A stretch of DNA of 64,000 nt from Candidatus Alistipes merdavium (GTDB lineage Bacteria > Bacteroidota > Bacteroidia > Bacteroidales > Rikenellaceae): the NCBI GenBank assembly GCA_019119845.1, contig DWWF01000002.1:13374-77373 (forward strand). The letters are read 5' to 3'. The notes beneath the pieces are model-generated. The model made no database searches. It worked only from the letters and a program-made list of their open reading frames with translations, and had not been told where the DNA came from. Below, piece by piece: positions 56,047-64,000 of the stretch. A program made the position numbers and the translations under genes. Every line of letters starts with the position of its first letter. Within the stretch, counting starts at the first letter, position 1.

Positions 56047-57485
56047 AAAAACTTTTTTCTCTGCTTTTCAGCGGCGAAAAGCAGCAAAAGCCCCCGAAGT
56101 CCTTTCCTCTTTTCAGAAAAGTGCCAAAAAACTTTTTTCCCTGCTTTTCGGTGGCGAAAAGCAGCAAAAGCCACCCGACCGATTCCGATGTCGACGTCCG
56201 GACGCCTGAAAGCGGCGTCGGGCGACTGCGCGGGTTTGCAAGCAAACCGTCCCCGCCGCTCTCGCTTTCAGCCCTCCGGCCGCTCTTTCGCCATCGGAAC
56301 CAAGTCGGGACCCGCCATGCGGGAAAAAAGAGTGCCGGAGCGCATGCCATATAAATTATTATACTGCCGCCTCCGGCGGCACAGTAATTCCGCACTCTCG
56401 TTCGACGCGGAAAAAAGAGGGTACGACACGCGGCGCGTCCGTCACGGGGTGGCGCTAAGGCCTGATCTTGCGCGCCCCGTGCAGCGCCGCGGCTCGCGCA
56501 CTCCCGCGGAGAACGACGTGCGGAGGCTTTTGGTACTTTTGGCCCCAAAAGTACATGAGAAAACTTTTTCTTTTTCTCTGCTTTTCGGCGGCGAAAAGCA
56601 GCAAAAGCCACCCGACCGATTCCGATGTCGGCGTCCGGACGCCTGAAAGCGGCGTCGGGCGACTGCGCGGGTTTGCAAGCAAACCGTCCCCGCCGCTCGC
56701 GCTTTCAGCCCTCCGGCCGCTCTTTCGCCATCGGAACCAAGTCGGGAATCACCTTGCGGAAAAAAATGGAGTTGCGAGGGTGGTTGGTTTTGCGAAACAA
56801 AAGTGACACGCAGCCGGAGGCGGGCAGGAAAAGTAAGCTGGAACGGGCTTCCGAGGCGCATTGCCATGTAAAATAAACAATGCCGCCGTTGGCGGCACCA
56901 CCAATCCGCACTCTCGTTTGACGCGGAAAAAGAGAGGGCGGGCTGCGGCGCGTCCGCCACGGGGTGGCGCATAGGCTTGATCTTGCGCGCCCCGTGCAGC
57001 GCCGCGGATCGCACGCTCCCGCGGAAAACGACGTGCGGAGGCTTTTGGTACTTTTGGCCCCAAAAGTACACGAGAAAACTTTTTCTTTTTCTCTGCTTTT
57101 CGGTGGCGAAAAGCAGCAAAAAACCTCTCGAAGTCCTTTTGCAGCTTCCGGAAAAACTCTTTTTTCTCTGCTTTTCGGTAGCGAAAAGCAGCAAAAGCCA
57201 CCCGACCGATTCCGATGTCGACGTCCGGACGCCTGAAAGCGGCGTCGGGCGACTGCGCGGGTTTGCAAGCAAACCGTCCCCGCCGCTCTCGCTTTCAGCC
57301 CTCCGTCCGCTCTTTCGCTATCGGAACCAAGTCGGGGATCGCCTTGCGGGGTAAAAAATAAAGCACACGTTACCGAAACGTATTTGTCTTTATTTATCCT
57401 TTGCCGCCCGTGGCGGCACCACAAATCCGCACTCCCGCGGAGAACGACGTGCGGAGGCTTTTGGTACTTTTGACCCCAAAAGTAC
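56047..57485 (+). repeat. Structured modular repeat array, locus 3 (partial unit 56061-56323, full units 56365-56760 and 56881-57350, internally deleted unit 57402-57485)
   Basis: Direct repeats visible in the sequence; same module order as loci 1 and 2. Confidence 0.97.
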
Positions 57486-57626
57486 AAGGGAAAAATACAT
57501 GGAACCTGCCGTTTTCAAAGATACGCACATCGAAACAAAAATCCAACTCTCGGGGCAGGAAAAGGGCGCGGCACGGGCCGGGGAGCAGAACAAAAAAAGC
57601 GGACGACTTTTTCAAGACGTCCGCTG

Positions 57627-57702
57627 TGGTAGCGGGGGGAGGACTCGAACCTCCGACCTCCGGGTTATGAGCCCGACGAGCTGCCAACTGCTCTACCCCG
57701 CG
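57627..57702 (-). tRNA. Initiator tRNA-Met(CAT)
   Basis: CGCGGGGTAGAGCAGTTGGCAGCTCGTCGGGCTCATAACCCGGAGGTCGGAGGTTCGAGTCCTCCCCCCGCTACCA; C1:A72 mismatch, GGG/CCC anticodon stem, encoded CCA; -7 box at about 57757-57764. Confidence 0.97.
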
Positions 57703-58092
57703 ATGTATCGTTGAACCGAAGCTTGGCGCTTCGTGATCTATCGCTTTTGCGAGTGCAAAGATAAGGCAAAAAAACGGTTTCTGCAAATAATTTTTTCACA
57801 ACGGCGCCCTGCAGCCGCGCTCCGGATTCATTTCCAGCCGGTTGAAAGCGTCGTTTTTTTCACACGCACACCCCGGAACACCGTTTCGCGCGACCGGAAA
57901 CCCCGATTAGCCCGCGAGGCTGCCTCACCACCCGGCTTTGGCCGCCACCGGGAAAATTCGTGCCCGGCCATTCCCACACAACCTCACCCGCCGCAACCGG
58001 AAGAGCGTTCCCGCACCCCGGCACTGTAGCCGCACCCCGACACCGCAGCCGCACCCCCAGCCGGCAACCGGAAGCACTTCGGGACGCACGCC

Positions 58093-59874
58093 CTACGAGA
58101 GGTGCGAGGCGACGATCTCGGCCAGGTCGCGCACCTCTCCCTTCGTACCGCGGCCGATGGCCTTCTTGCAGAGGGGGCAGGCCGTGACGATCACCTCGGC
58201 ACCTGTCGCCTCCAGCTCCTCGGCCACCGCACGGGCGATCTGCACCTGCTGGCCGTCCGAGATGGCCGTATTGGCCACCGACGAGCCGCAGCAGAGGGCA
58301 TGCTCGCGCGTCTGTGCCGGTTCGAGCAGCTCACCCACGGCCTCGATCACGGCACGCGGCTCGTCGTAGATGCCGCTGCCGCGCCCCAGCTCGCAGGGAT
58401 CGTGGTAGGTATAGTGCGTCGTGCCGCGCTGGAGGTTGAGCCGTTCGGCACGGATCAGCCGCAGGATGTATTCCGAGTGGTGCAGCACTTCGATGCCCGG
58501 CAGGTCGTAATCCTCGCGAAAAACCTTCAGGCAGATCGGGCACGAGGTCACGAGCGTCGTGATGCCGTGCTTGAGGAAGAGCTCCGTGTTGTAGCGCATC
58601 ATCTTGTGCGCCGAGTCGGTCTCGCCAGCGAGCTTCAGCGGACGCCCGCAGCAGACGCCCCCCTCGCGGTCGGCCCACCAGACCTCCTCGCCCGCGGCGT
58701 CGAACAGGCGCTCCATGGCCGACATCGTGCGGGGCGTGAGCAGGGTCATACACCCGGCAAAGTAGCCCACCTTGCCCGTGCCGGAGGAGCGGTCCAGTCC
58801 CTTGAAGTAGTCGTAGCGCCGCTCGTCGGGGACGTTGCGCAGGCGGTCGCGCGAGTTGATGCGCAGCGTATTGAGGTCGATGCCCACGGGGCAGCGCTCG
58901 GCACAGCGGCCGCACAGCAGGCAGTTGTCCGCCACGTCGCGCCGCAGCATGCCGTAGCGGCGGTCACGCAGGAAATAGACCGACTGCACGTTGTCGACAT
59001 GCAGGACGCTCTGCAGCTGGCAGGGGTCGATGCAGATGCCGCAGCGCGAGCAGGCCTCGACCTGGAAATGGTCGTAGGCACTCTCCTTCTCGCCCGAACG
59101 CAGGCCGTAGCGGCGCAGGAAGATGAGCGGGATCTCCGTGAAGATGTGCATGTAGCGCGAGAAGGGCAGCGCCACGAAGAACAGCCCGAGGCACGACGAA
59201 TAGAACCACCAGGCGGCGGTCTCGAGGTTCATGAGCGCCAACACGGAGATGTGCTCGTGCATCCACCCGCCGAGCGAACCCGTCAGGAAGCTGCCGCCGC
59301 CGTAGAGCGCGCAGGTCGTGCTCTCGGCCAGCAGGCGCGCCGGGAAGATGAACCACAGCGCCGTGAGGGCCACGCGGTCGCCCGGCACGTGCTTCGTCGT
59401 GCGCCGCATGCCCATGGCCCTCGACCAGAAGCGCTTGCCCCAGGCGAGCGCCACGCCCGAGAGGACGAAGAGCAGCAGCAGGTCCATGACGAAATCGAAG
59501 CCGGGCTTGTGTTCGAGGCCCGTGGCGAAGTACTTGAAGAAGACGTGCCCCTGCAGCGGCACGAAGCGCAGCCCGAGGTAGGCGACGGTCTCGGTCCACC
59601 CCACGGCGATGAGCAGGAACCAGCCGAAGGCCAGCGACATGTGCATGTAGCCCAGCAGTGGGTTGACACGGAAGATGCGGCGGTGCAGCAGCGACTCGCG
59701 CACCACCTCCCACAGGGCCTCCAACGTGCGTCGCGTGGGCAGACCGCGCAGGATCAGCCGCTTGTCGGCACGGGGCAGCCGGTAGAGCCACGAGCCCCAC
59801 TTCCAGAGCAGCGTCGCAAACATCACGGCGGCGCCGATGATGAACGGCAGGCAGAACGGTGCGTAGAATGTCAT
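58093..59874 (-). CDS. Membrane cytochrome b (NarI/HdrE-like) fused to 2x[4Fe-4S] and CCG domains (HdrD-like)
   Basis: TM helices with YMH...FG and PFSRYMH His motifs; CSRCGICIDPC and CLLCGRCAERC; CCG, CPIC, YHDPC, CCG, ACPLC. Confidence 0.85.
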   Translation of the reverse strand: MTFYAPFCLPFIIGAAVMFATLLWKWGSWLYRLPRADKRLILRGLPTRRTLEALWEVVRESLLHRRIFRVNPLLGYMHMSLAFGWFLLIAVGWTETVAYLGLRFVPLQGHVFFKYFATGLEHKPGFDFVMDLLLLFVLSGVALAWGKRFWSRAMGMRRTTKHVPGDRVALTALWFIFPARLLAESTTCALYGGGSFLTGSLGGWMHEHISVLALMNLETAAWWFYSSCLGLFFVALPFSRYMHIFTEIPLIFLRRYGLRSGEKESAYDHFQVEACSRCGICIDPCQLQSVLHVDNVQSVYFLRDRRYGMLRRDVADNCLLCGRCAERCPVGIDLNTLRINSRDRLRNVPDERRYDYFKGLDRSSGTGKVGYFAGCMTLLTPRTMSAMERLFDAAGEEVWWADREGGVCCGRPLKLAGETDSAHKMMRYNTELFLKHGITTLVTSCPICLKVFREDYDLPGIEVLHHSEYILRLIRAERLNLQRGTTHYTYHDPCELGRGSGIYDEPRAVIEAVGELLEPAQTREHALCCGSSVANTAISDGQQVQIARAVAEELEATGAEVIVTACPLCKKAIGRGTKGEVRDLAEIVASHLS

Positions 59875-59875
59875 C

Positions 59876-60211
59876 TCAGAAGTCCCCCAGTTTACGTTTT
59901 ATGAGCATCACGACGCCGCGCGTGTTGATGCCGCGCGGGCAGACCAGCCGGCACTTGCCGCAGAGCATGCACTTGTTCATCTCCTCGTAGGCCCCCTGGT
60001 ACTCGCCGCGCCGCACGAGCGTATGCACGCGGCGGAAGTTGAACGACGTGAGGTTGCCCGCCGTGCAGACGGCCGTGCAGGCCCCGCAGCCGATGCAGGT
60101 CTGCAGCTCGGGCATCTCGCGCAGGATCTCGTCGCTCTTGCGCAGGTTGTTGCGGTCCATGTCGATGGCCCGGGGCTTGGAGATCGTATATCCGAAATTG
60201 ATCGCTGCCAT
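59876..60211 (-). CDS. Small 2x[4Fe-4S] protein (HdrC-like)
   Basis: MAAINFGY...CIGCGACTAVC...CMLCGKCRLVCP. Confidence 0.88.
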   Translation of the reverse strand: MAAINFGYTISKPRAIDMDRNNLRKSDEILREMPELQTCIGCGACTAVCTAGNLTSFNFRRVHTLVRRGEYQGAYEEMNKCMLCGKCRLVCPRGINTRGVVMLIKRKLGDF

Positions 60212-60213
60212 CG

Positions 60214-61224
60214 CTATGCTCCGAGGTATTGCGCCGCGGCGTCGGCCGCCGCAACGGCTTCGTTCAACGTCTCGCCGATGGTCTTCGGCGCGGTGACGGT
60301 CCCGGCATAGAAGATGCCGTCGACGTCGCTGCACACGTTGTTCAGGAAGAGGTCGCGCGGCGCGAAGAAGCCGCTCGGCGCGCGCCGCAGCCCCGCCCCC
60401 TCGGCCAGGGCGGCGTTCTCGTCGTTGGCCCGCATGCCCACGAGCAGGATCAGCATGTCGACGCTCATGCGCAGCGGACGTCCCGTGAGCGTATCCTCGG
60501 CCTTGATCTGCACGCGGCCGTCGATCGTGGGGCTCGCCTCCGAGATGCGGCCGCGCACGAAGTGGATGTTGCAGCGCTGCTGCGCCTCGCGGTACATCTC
60601 CTCGTAACCGGGGCCGAACATGCGGATGTCCATGTAGAAGTTGAAGACGTCGGCCTCGGGGAAGAGCCGCTTGAGCTCCATGGCCTGTTTGACGCCCGTG
60701 ATGCAGCACACCTTCGAGCAGTGCTGCTGGCACACCTTCTCGTCGCGCGAGCCGACGCAGTGCAGCAGCGCGATGCGCTTCGGGCGCGATCCGTCGGCCT
60801 TCGCCACGCGCCCCTCGCCCAGCATGCGCTCGATGTCGACCGAGGTGAAGACGTTGTCGTAGATGCCGTATCCGTACTCCTCCTTGATGCGGGCGTCGAA
60901 GAGCGTGAAGCCCGAGGCGAGCACCACGGCGTCGCACGCGAGCGTCCGCCCGTCGGCGAGCCTTACGCTCCGCGCGTCGAAGCCCCGCACCTCGGTCGAG
61001 GTCAGCACCTCGATCCCCCGCTCGCGGACACGCTGACGCAGCTGCGTCAGCACCTCCGCCGCGGGCGTAAAGGAGGGGAAGAGCACATACCAGTTCCGGA
61101 GCTTGCCGCCCAGTTCCGCCTCGCGCTCCACGATGACGGGCTCCACGCCCTGCTCGGCCAGGCGCAGGGCCGTCTGCATGCCTGCCGCACCGCCGCCTAT
61201 GACAATCACTCGTTTCTTCATCAC
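60214..61224 (-). CDS. hdrA: Heterodisulfide reductase subunit A-like flavoprotein (short form)
   Basis: GGGAAG FAD motif, YGYG.Y.NV.T..D.E, HCVGSR...CSKVCC, FYMDIR..G..YEE, GT..APK.I. Confidence 0.85.
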   Translation of the reverse strand: MMKKRVIVIGGGAAGMQTALRLAEQGVEPVIVEREAELGGKLRNWYVLFPSFTPAAEVLTQLRQRVRERGIEVLTSTEVRGFDARSVRLADGRTLACDAVVLASGFTLFDARIKEEYGYGIYDNVFTSVDIERMLGEGRVAKADGSRPKRIALLHCVGSRDEKVCQQHCSKVCCITGVKQAMELKRLFPEADVFNFYMDIRMFGPGYEEMYREAQQRCNIHFVRGRISEASPTIDGRVQIKAEDTLTGRPLRMSVDMLILLVGMRANDENAALAEGAGLRRAPSGFFAPRDLFLNNVCSDVDGIFYAGTVTAPKTIGETLNEAVAAADAAAQYLGA

Positions 61225-62306
61225 TCTCTTATGTCGTAAATCATCTCCGACGGGCAGTTGACCACCGCCGACTCGGGTTTGCCGATATATTTTCCGTTGC
61301 GGCCCAGGTACTTGGCCGCGGGGTCGTAGTCGATGCCCATCTTGTCGAGCAGCGGCTCGACGTCGACCTGGTGCATCTGCATGCCCAGCACCCAGGGGTC
61401 ATAGCCCAGCACCAGGCCGGCCATCTCCTCGTAGGTCAGCACCGGGATGCCGTGGCCGTTCTCGCCGTAGGTCGTCCCCTCCATCTCGGCGATGGCATAC
61501 TGCCACTTGTCGAGGAACATCGCGCAGCCCGGGCAGTTGGCCACGATGAAGTCGGGCTTGTAGGGGGCCATGCTCTCGAGCTTCTTGTGCGAGTTGGCGA
61601 TCGAGTAGCCGCGGTTGGCCTGCACGAGGTAGTTGCGGAAGCCGAAGCCGCAGCAGTGCCGCCGCTCGGGATAGTCCACGCACTCGCCGCCCCACGACTC
61701 GACCATGCCGGCCAGCACGTAGGGGAACTCCGAGCCCCCGATGCCCGATTTCGGGAATATCTTGGCATAGTGGCAGCCGATGTGCTCGACGACACGCAGC
61801 GGCTCGCCCGTCACGGCGTTGACCAGCCGGTGGCGGGCCTTCGCGGCGATCGCGTCGCGGAAGTGGAAGACCACGTCCGACGTGTGGGCCAGGCTTGCGG
61901 GCTTGCGGAACTCGCGTCCGGTGGCCTTGTAGAGGTTTTCGCGCGTGCGCTCCTCGGTCTCGGGGAACTCCGCCCACGTGGCCAGCACCTCGGTGTAGAT
62001 GCCGAACGAGGTGATGCACGAGGTGACGAAATTCTCGTAGCCCGCCTCGTTCATCAGCGAGAACTGCCGCGCCACGACCGTCATGATCGTCTCCAGCGGC
62101 ACGATGTCCGAGTGGTAGCCGATGCCCGTGCACGACGAATGCTTCGGATCGTCCAGAATATCGCGGCCCAGGTCGTTCTGCAGCATATCGATGAAGAACT
62201 TTTCGCTGCCCGGAAAGAAGTTCTGGCGGATGCAGCTGCGCGCATAGTAGTATCGGTCGTCGGCAATCTGTTTCTGATACTCCTGCCAACTGTTACGCTT
62301 CATCAT
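61221..62306 (-). CDS. hdrB: Heterodisulfide reductase subunit B-like
   Basis: CCG domains: SC..., SCTG, SCITS, HIGCH, CCGFG, ANCPGC...LD. Confidence 0.85.
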   Translation of the reverse strand: MMKRNSWQEYQKQIADDRYYYARSCIRQNFFPGSEKFFIDMLQNDLGRDILDDPKHSSCTGIGYHSDIVPLETIMTVVARQFSLMNEAGYENFVTSCITSFGIYTEVLATWAEFPETEERTRENLYKATGREFRKPASLAHTSDVVFHFRDAIAAKARHRLVNAVTGEPLRVVEHIGCHYAKIFPKSGIGGSEFPYVLAGMVESWGGECVDYPERRHCCGFGFRNYLVQANRGYSIANSHKKLESMAPYKPDFIVANCPGCAMFLDKWQYAIAEMEGTTYGENGHGIPVLTYEEMAGLVLGYDPWVLGMQMHQVDVEPLLDKMGIDYDPAAKYLGRNGKYIGKPESAVVNCPSEMIYDIRE

Positions 62307-62311
62307 AGGGT

Positions 62312-63010
62312 TCAATAGTGTTCGTTGCTGTTGTTGAGAAAGACATCCATCATGTAGCGATGGTCGGCCCCCTGCTCGTAGCCCATCTCGCGGGCCTTGC
62401 GGTCGGAGTGGCGCTCGATGGTCTCGAACAGCTCGCTGCCGCCGCTCACCTCGAAGATGCGGTTGATCTCCGAGAGCGACTCCTCGTCGAGGCGGCGCAA
62501 CGCCCCGGCGCCGTGGCGCATGTAGGAAGGGGTGAACTGCCCGTAGACCTCGCGGTCGTTGTCGTAGATCCACTTCCAGACGGTCCCCTGCTCGGGATGC
62601 AGCTCGGGCTTGACGAGCCGCGGCACGATGCAGTAGCCCGTGCGGAGGATGTTCTCGCCGATGATGCGCTTGAGGGCCAGCTGCTGCCGTCCCTTCTCGC
62701 TCTCGACGAAGAAGCCCAGCTTCTGCGAGAGCGTGCGCAGCGCCTGGATCACGTAGCCGGGCGTATTGCCCCGCGGGCAGCGCGGACGGCACGACATGCA
62801 CTCGCCGCAATACCAGATCGTGTCGCTCTTGAGCAGCTCCTCGATGGCCTCGTCGTCGCGCGACTGCACCGTGCAGACGATCTGGCGGGGGTCGTAGTTG
62901 TAGAACTCGGCCGCCGGACAGACGCCCGTGCAGACACCGCAGTTCATGCAGGCGTTCAGCCCCTCGCGGCAGCGGACGTCCTCCATCAGCATATCGAAAT
63001 ACTTTCCCAT
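62312..63010 (-). CDS. hdrC: Heterodisulfide reductase subunit C-like
   Basis: CMNCGVCTGVCP, YDPRQI, IWYCGECMSCRPRCP. Confidence 0.88.
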   Translation of the reverse strand: MGKYFDMLMEDVRCREGLNACMNCGVCTGVCPAAEFYNYDPRQIVCTVQSRDDEAIEELLKSDTIWYCGECMSCRPRCPRGNTPGYVIQALRTLSQKLGFFVESEKGRQQLALKRIIGENILRTGYCIVPRLVKPELHPEQGTVWKWIYDNDREVYGQFTPSYMRHGAGALRRLDEESLSEINRIFEVSGGSELFETIERHSDRKAREMGYEQGADHRYMMDVFLNNSNEHY

Positions 63011-63086
63011 ACGGATACAAAAAAACCTTTGCCGATGCAAAGGTAGGGATTCCCGCCGGGTCGTGCGGTGGTATAAATGCGTAATT

Positions 63087-63566
63087 TCAGCGCCGCTCGT
63101 AGAGCTCGAAGGCGAAGGGATAGGGGTATTCGGCCCCGGCGGCGAACGCCTCGGAGTGCACCAGCCGCCAGGCGCCCTCGTCCCATGCCGGGAAGCGCGT
63201 GTCGCCCTCGTAGGGGTGGAAGATGCGCGTCAGGTAGAAGCGCGAGGCGAGCGGCAGGGCCGCGGCGTAGAGCTGCGCGCCGCCGATGACGAAGAGCTCC
63301 TCCGACGGATCGAACAGCGCAAGGGCCTCCCCGAGCGAATGGACGACACGGCAGCCCGGAATCGCAAGCTCCTGCCGCGTGACGACCACGTTCTCGCGCC
63401 TGGGCAGCGGGCGCCCCAGCGACTCGTAGGTCTTGCGGCCCATGATGACCGGATGGCCCGTCGTCACGTGCCGGAAATAGCGCATGTCCTCGGCGATGTG
63501 CCACAGCAGGGAGTTGTTGTTGCCGATGACGCCGTTTTCGGCCACGGCCGCGATGATGCTTACCAT
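63087..63566 (-). CDS. folA: Dihydrofolate reductase
   Basis: IIAAVAENGVIG....LLWH..ED, VIMGRKTYES.GRPLP.R, IGG. Confidence 0.95.
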   Translation of the reverse strand: MVSIIAAVAENGVIGNNNSLLWHIAEDMRYFRHVTTGHPVIMGRKTYESLGRPLPRRENVVVTRQELAIPGCRVVHSLGEALALFDPSEELFVIGGAQLYAAALPLASRFYLTRIFHPYEGDTRFPAWDEGAWRLVHSEAFAAGAEYPYPFAFELYERR

Positions 63567-63580
63567 GATTCGACCTTTTT

Positions 63581-64000
63581 TCAGAATGACATCGGGGCCT
63601 TGATCGCCGGCCAGGGATCGTAGCCCTCGAGGGTGAAGTCCTCGTAGCGGAAGTCGAAGATCGACCGCACGGCGGGGTTGAGCCGCATGTGCGGCAGCGG
63701 GCGGGGTTCGCGCGCGAGCTGCTCGTCGACCTGCTCCAGGTGGTTCAGGTAGAGGTGCGTGTCGCCCAGCGTATGAATGAATTCCCCGGCCTCCAGGCCG
63801 CACACCTGCGCCATCATCATGGTCAGCAGGGCGTAGGAGGCGATGTTGAACGGGACGCCGAGGAACGTGTCGGCGCTGCGCTGGTAGAGCTGGCACGAGA
63901 GCCGCCCCTCGGCCACGTAGAACTGGAACAATACGTGGCACGGCGGCAGGGCCATCCGGCCGATGTCGGCGACATTCCACGCCGAGACGACGATGCGCCG
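63581..64000 (-). CDS. thyA: Thymidylate synthase, 3' part (runs off window end)
   Basis: [39 protein letters not shown]. Confidence 0.96.
   Translation of the reverse strand, partial: RRIVVSAWNVADIGRMALPPCHVLFQFYVAEGRLSCQLYQRSADTFLGVPFNIASYALLTMMMAQVCGLEAGEFIHTLGDTHLYLNHLEQVDEQLAREPRPLPHMRLNPAVRSIFDFRYEDFTLEGYDPWPAIKAPMSF

Noticed and set aside
56047-57485. CRISPR array or other guide-RNA array
   Set aside because: The repeats are 400-470 bp, the linkers are homologous to one another and vary from 41 to 120 bp, and no cas or other effector gene is present.
57486-57626. Prophage/ICE attachment site at tRNA-fMet
   Set aside because: No second copy of the tRNA 3' end and no integrase in the window; only the repeat array lies downstream.
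3780-57786. ORFs overlapping the repeat arrays (e.g. 3843-4460, 49548-50181, 55973-57487; peptides such as MAFAAFRHRKA, FWYFWPQKY)
   Set aside because: They occur in all frames and on both strands, their starts, stops and frames are not conserved between copies, and indels are not multiples of three. They are by-products of GC-rich palindromes.
439-63955. Many long antisense or alternate-frame ORFs (e.g. 439-2982, 6565-10404, 12085-14292, 26447-29233, 38012-40681, 51133-53403)
   Set aside because: They are shadow ORFs of high-GC3 genes: Arg/Gly/Ala-rich, no recognisable motifs, and fully overlapping well-supported CDSs.

Overview
GC-rich Bacteroidota chromosome segment, most consistent with Alistipes/Rikenellaceae (inferred from TAnnTTTG -7 promoter boxes and gene content). 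It is mostly housekeeping: pyrC (5' part), zupT, mutY, a B12-uptake operon and nrdDG each under a cobalamin riboswitch, uvrC, sdh/frdCAB, transaldolase, pfkA, a PadR/PspC operon, dsbD, folA, thyA (3' part), tRNA-Leu(CAA) and initiator tRNA-Met. No integrase, transposase, Cas or phage gene was recognised. The most unusual signal is a non-coding, highly structured, modular repeat of about 400-520 bp in tandem arrays at three intergenic loci (3921-4517 +, 49348-50092 -, 56047-57485 +). Module order is fixed but each array starts and ends at a different point. Stems are conserved, loops vary, G.U-type pairs are strand-specific, and start-to-start spacing is 516-521 bp. Other notable items are a PyrR-independent leader-peptide attenuator upstream of pyrC, a split HdrABC plus membrane HdrE/D-like cluster, a lipoprotein with a (Gly-X-Pro)15 collagen-like stalk next to a TPR membrane regulator, a solitary low-GC LRR-TPR gene, a three-component lipid-linked glycosylation set and a PlcP-like phosphoesterase/glycosyltransferase pair. 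All family calls come from motif recognition by eye; no database searches were run.
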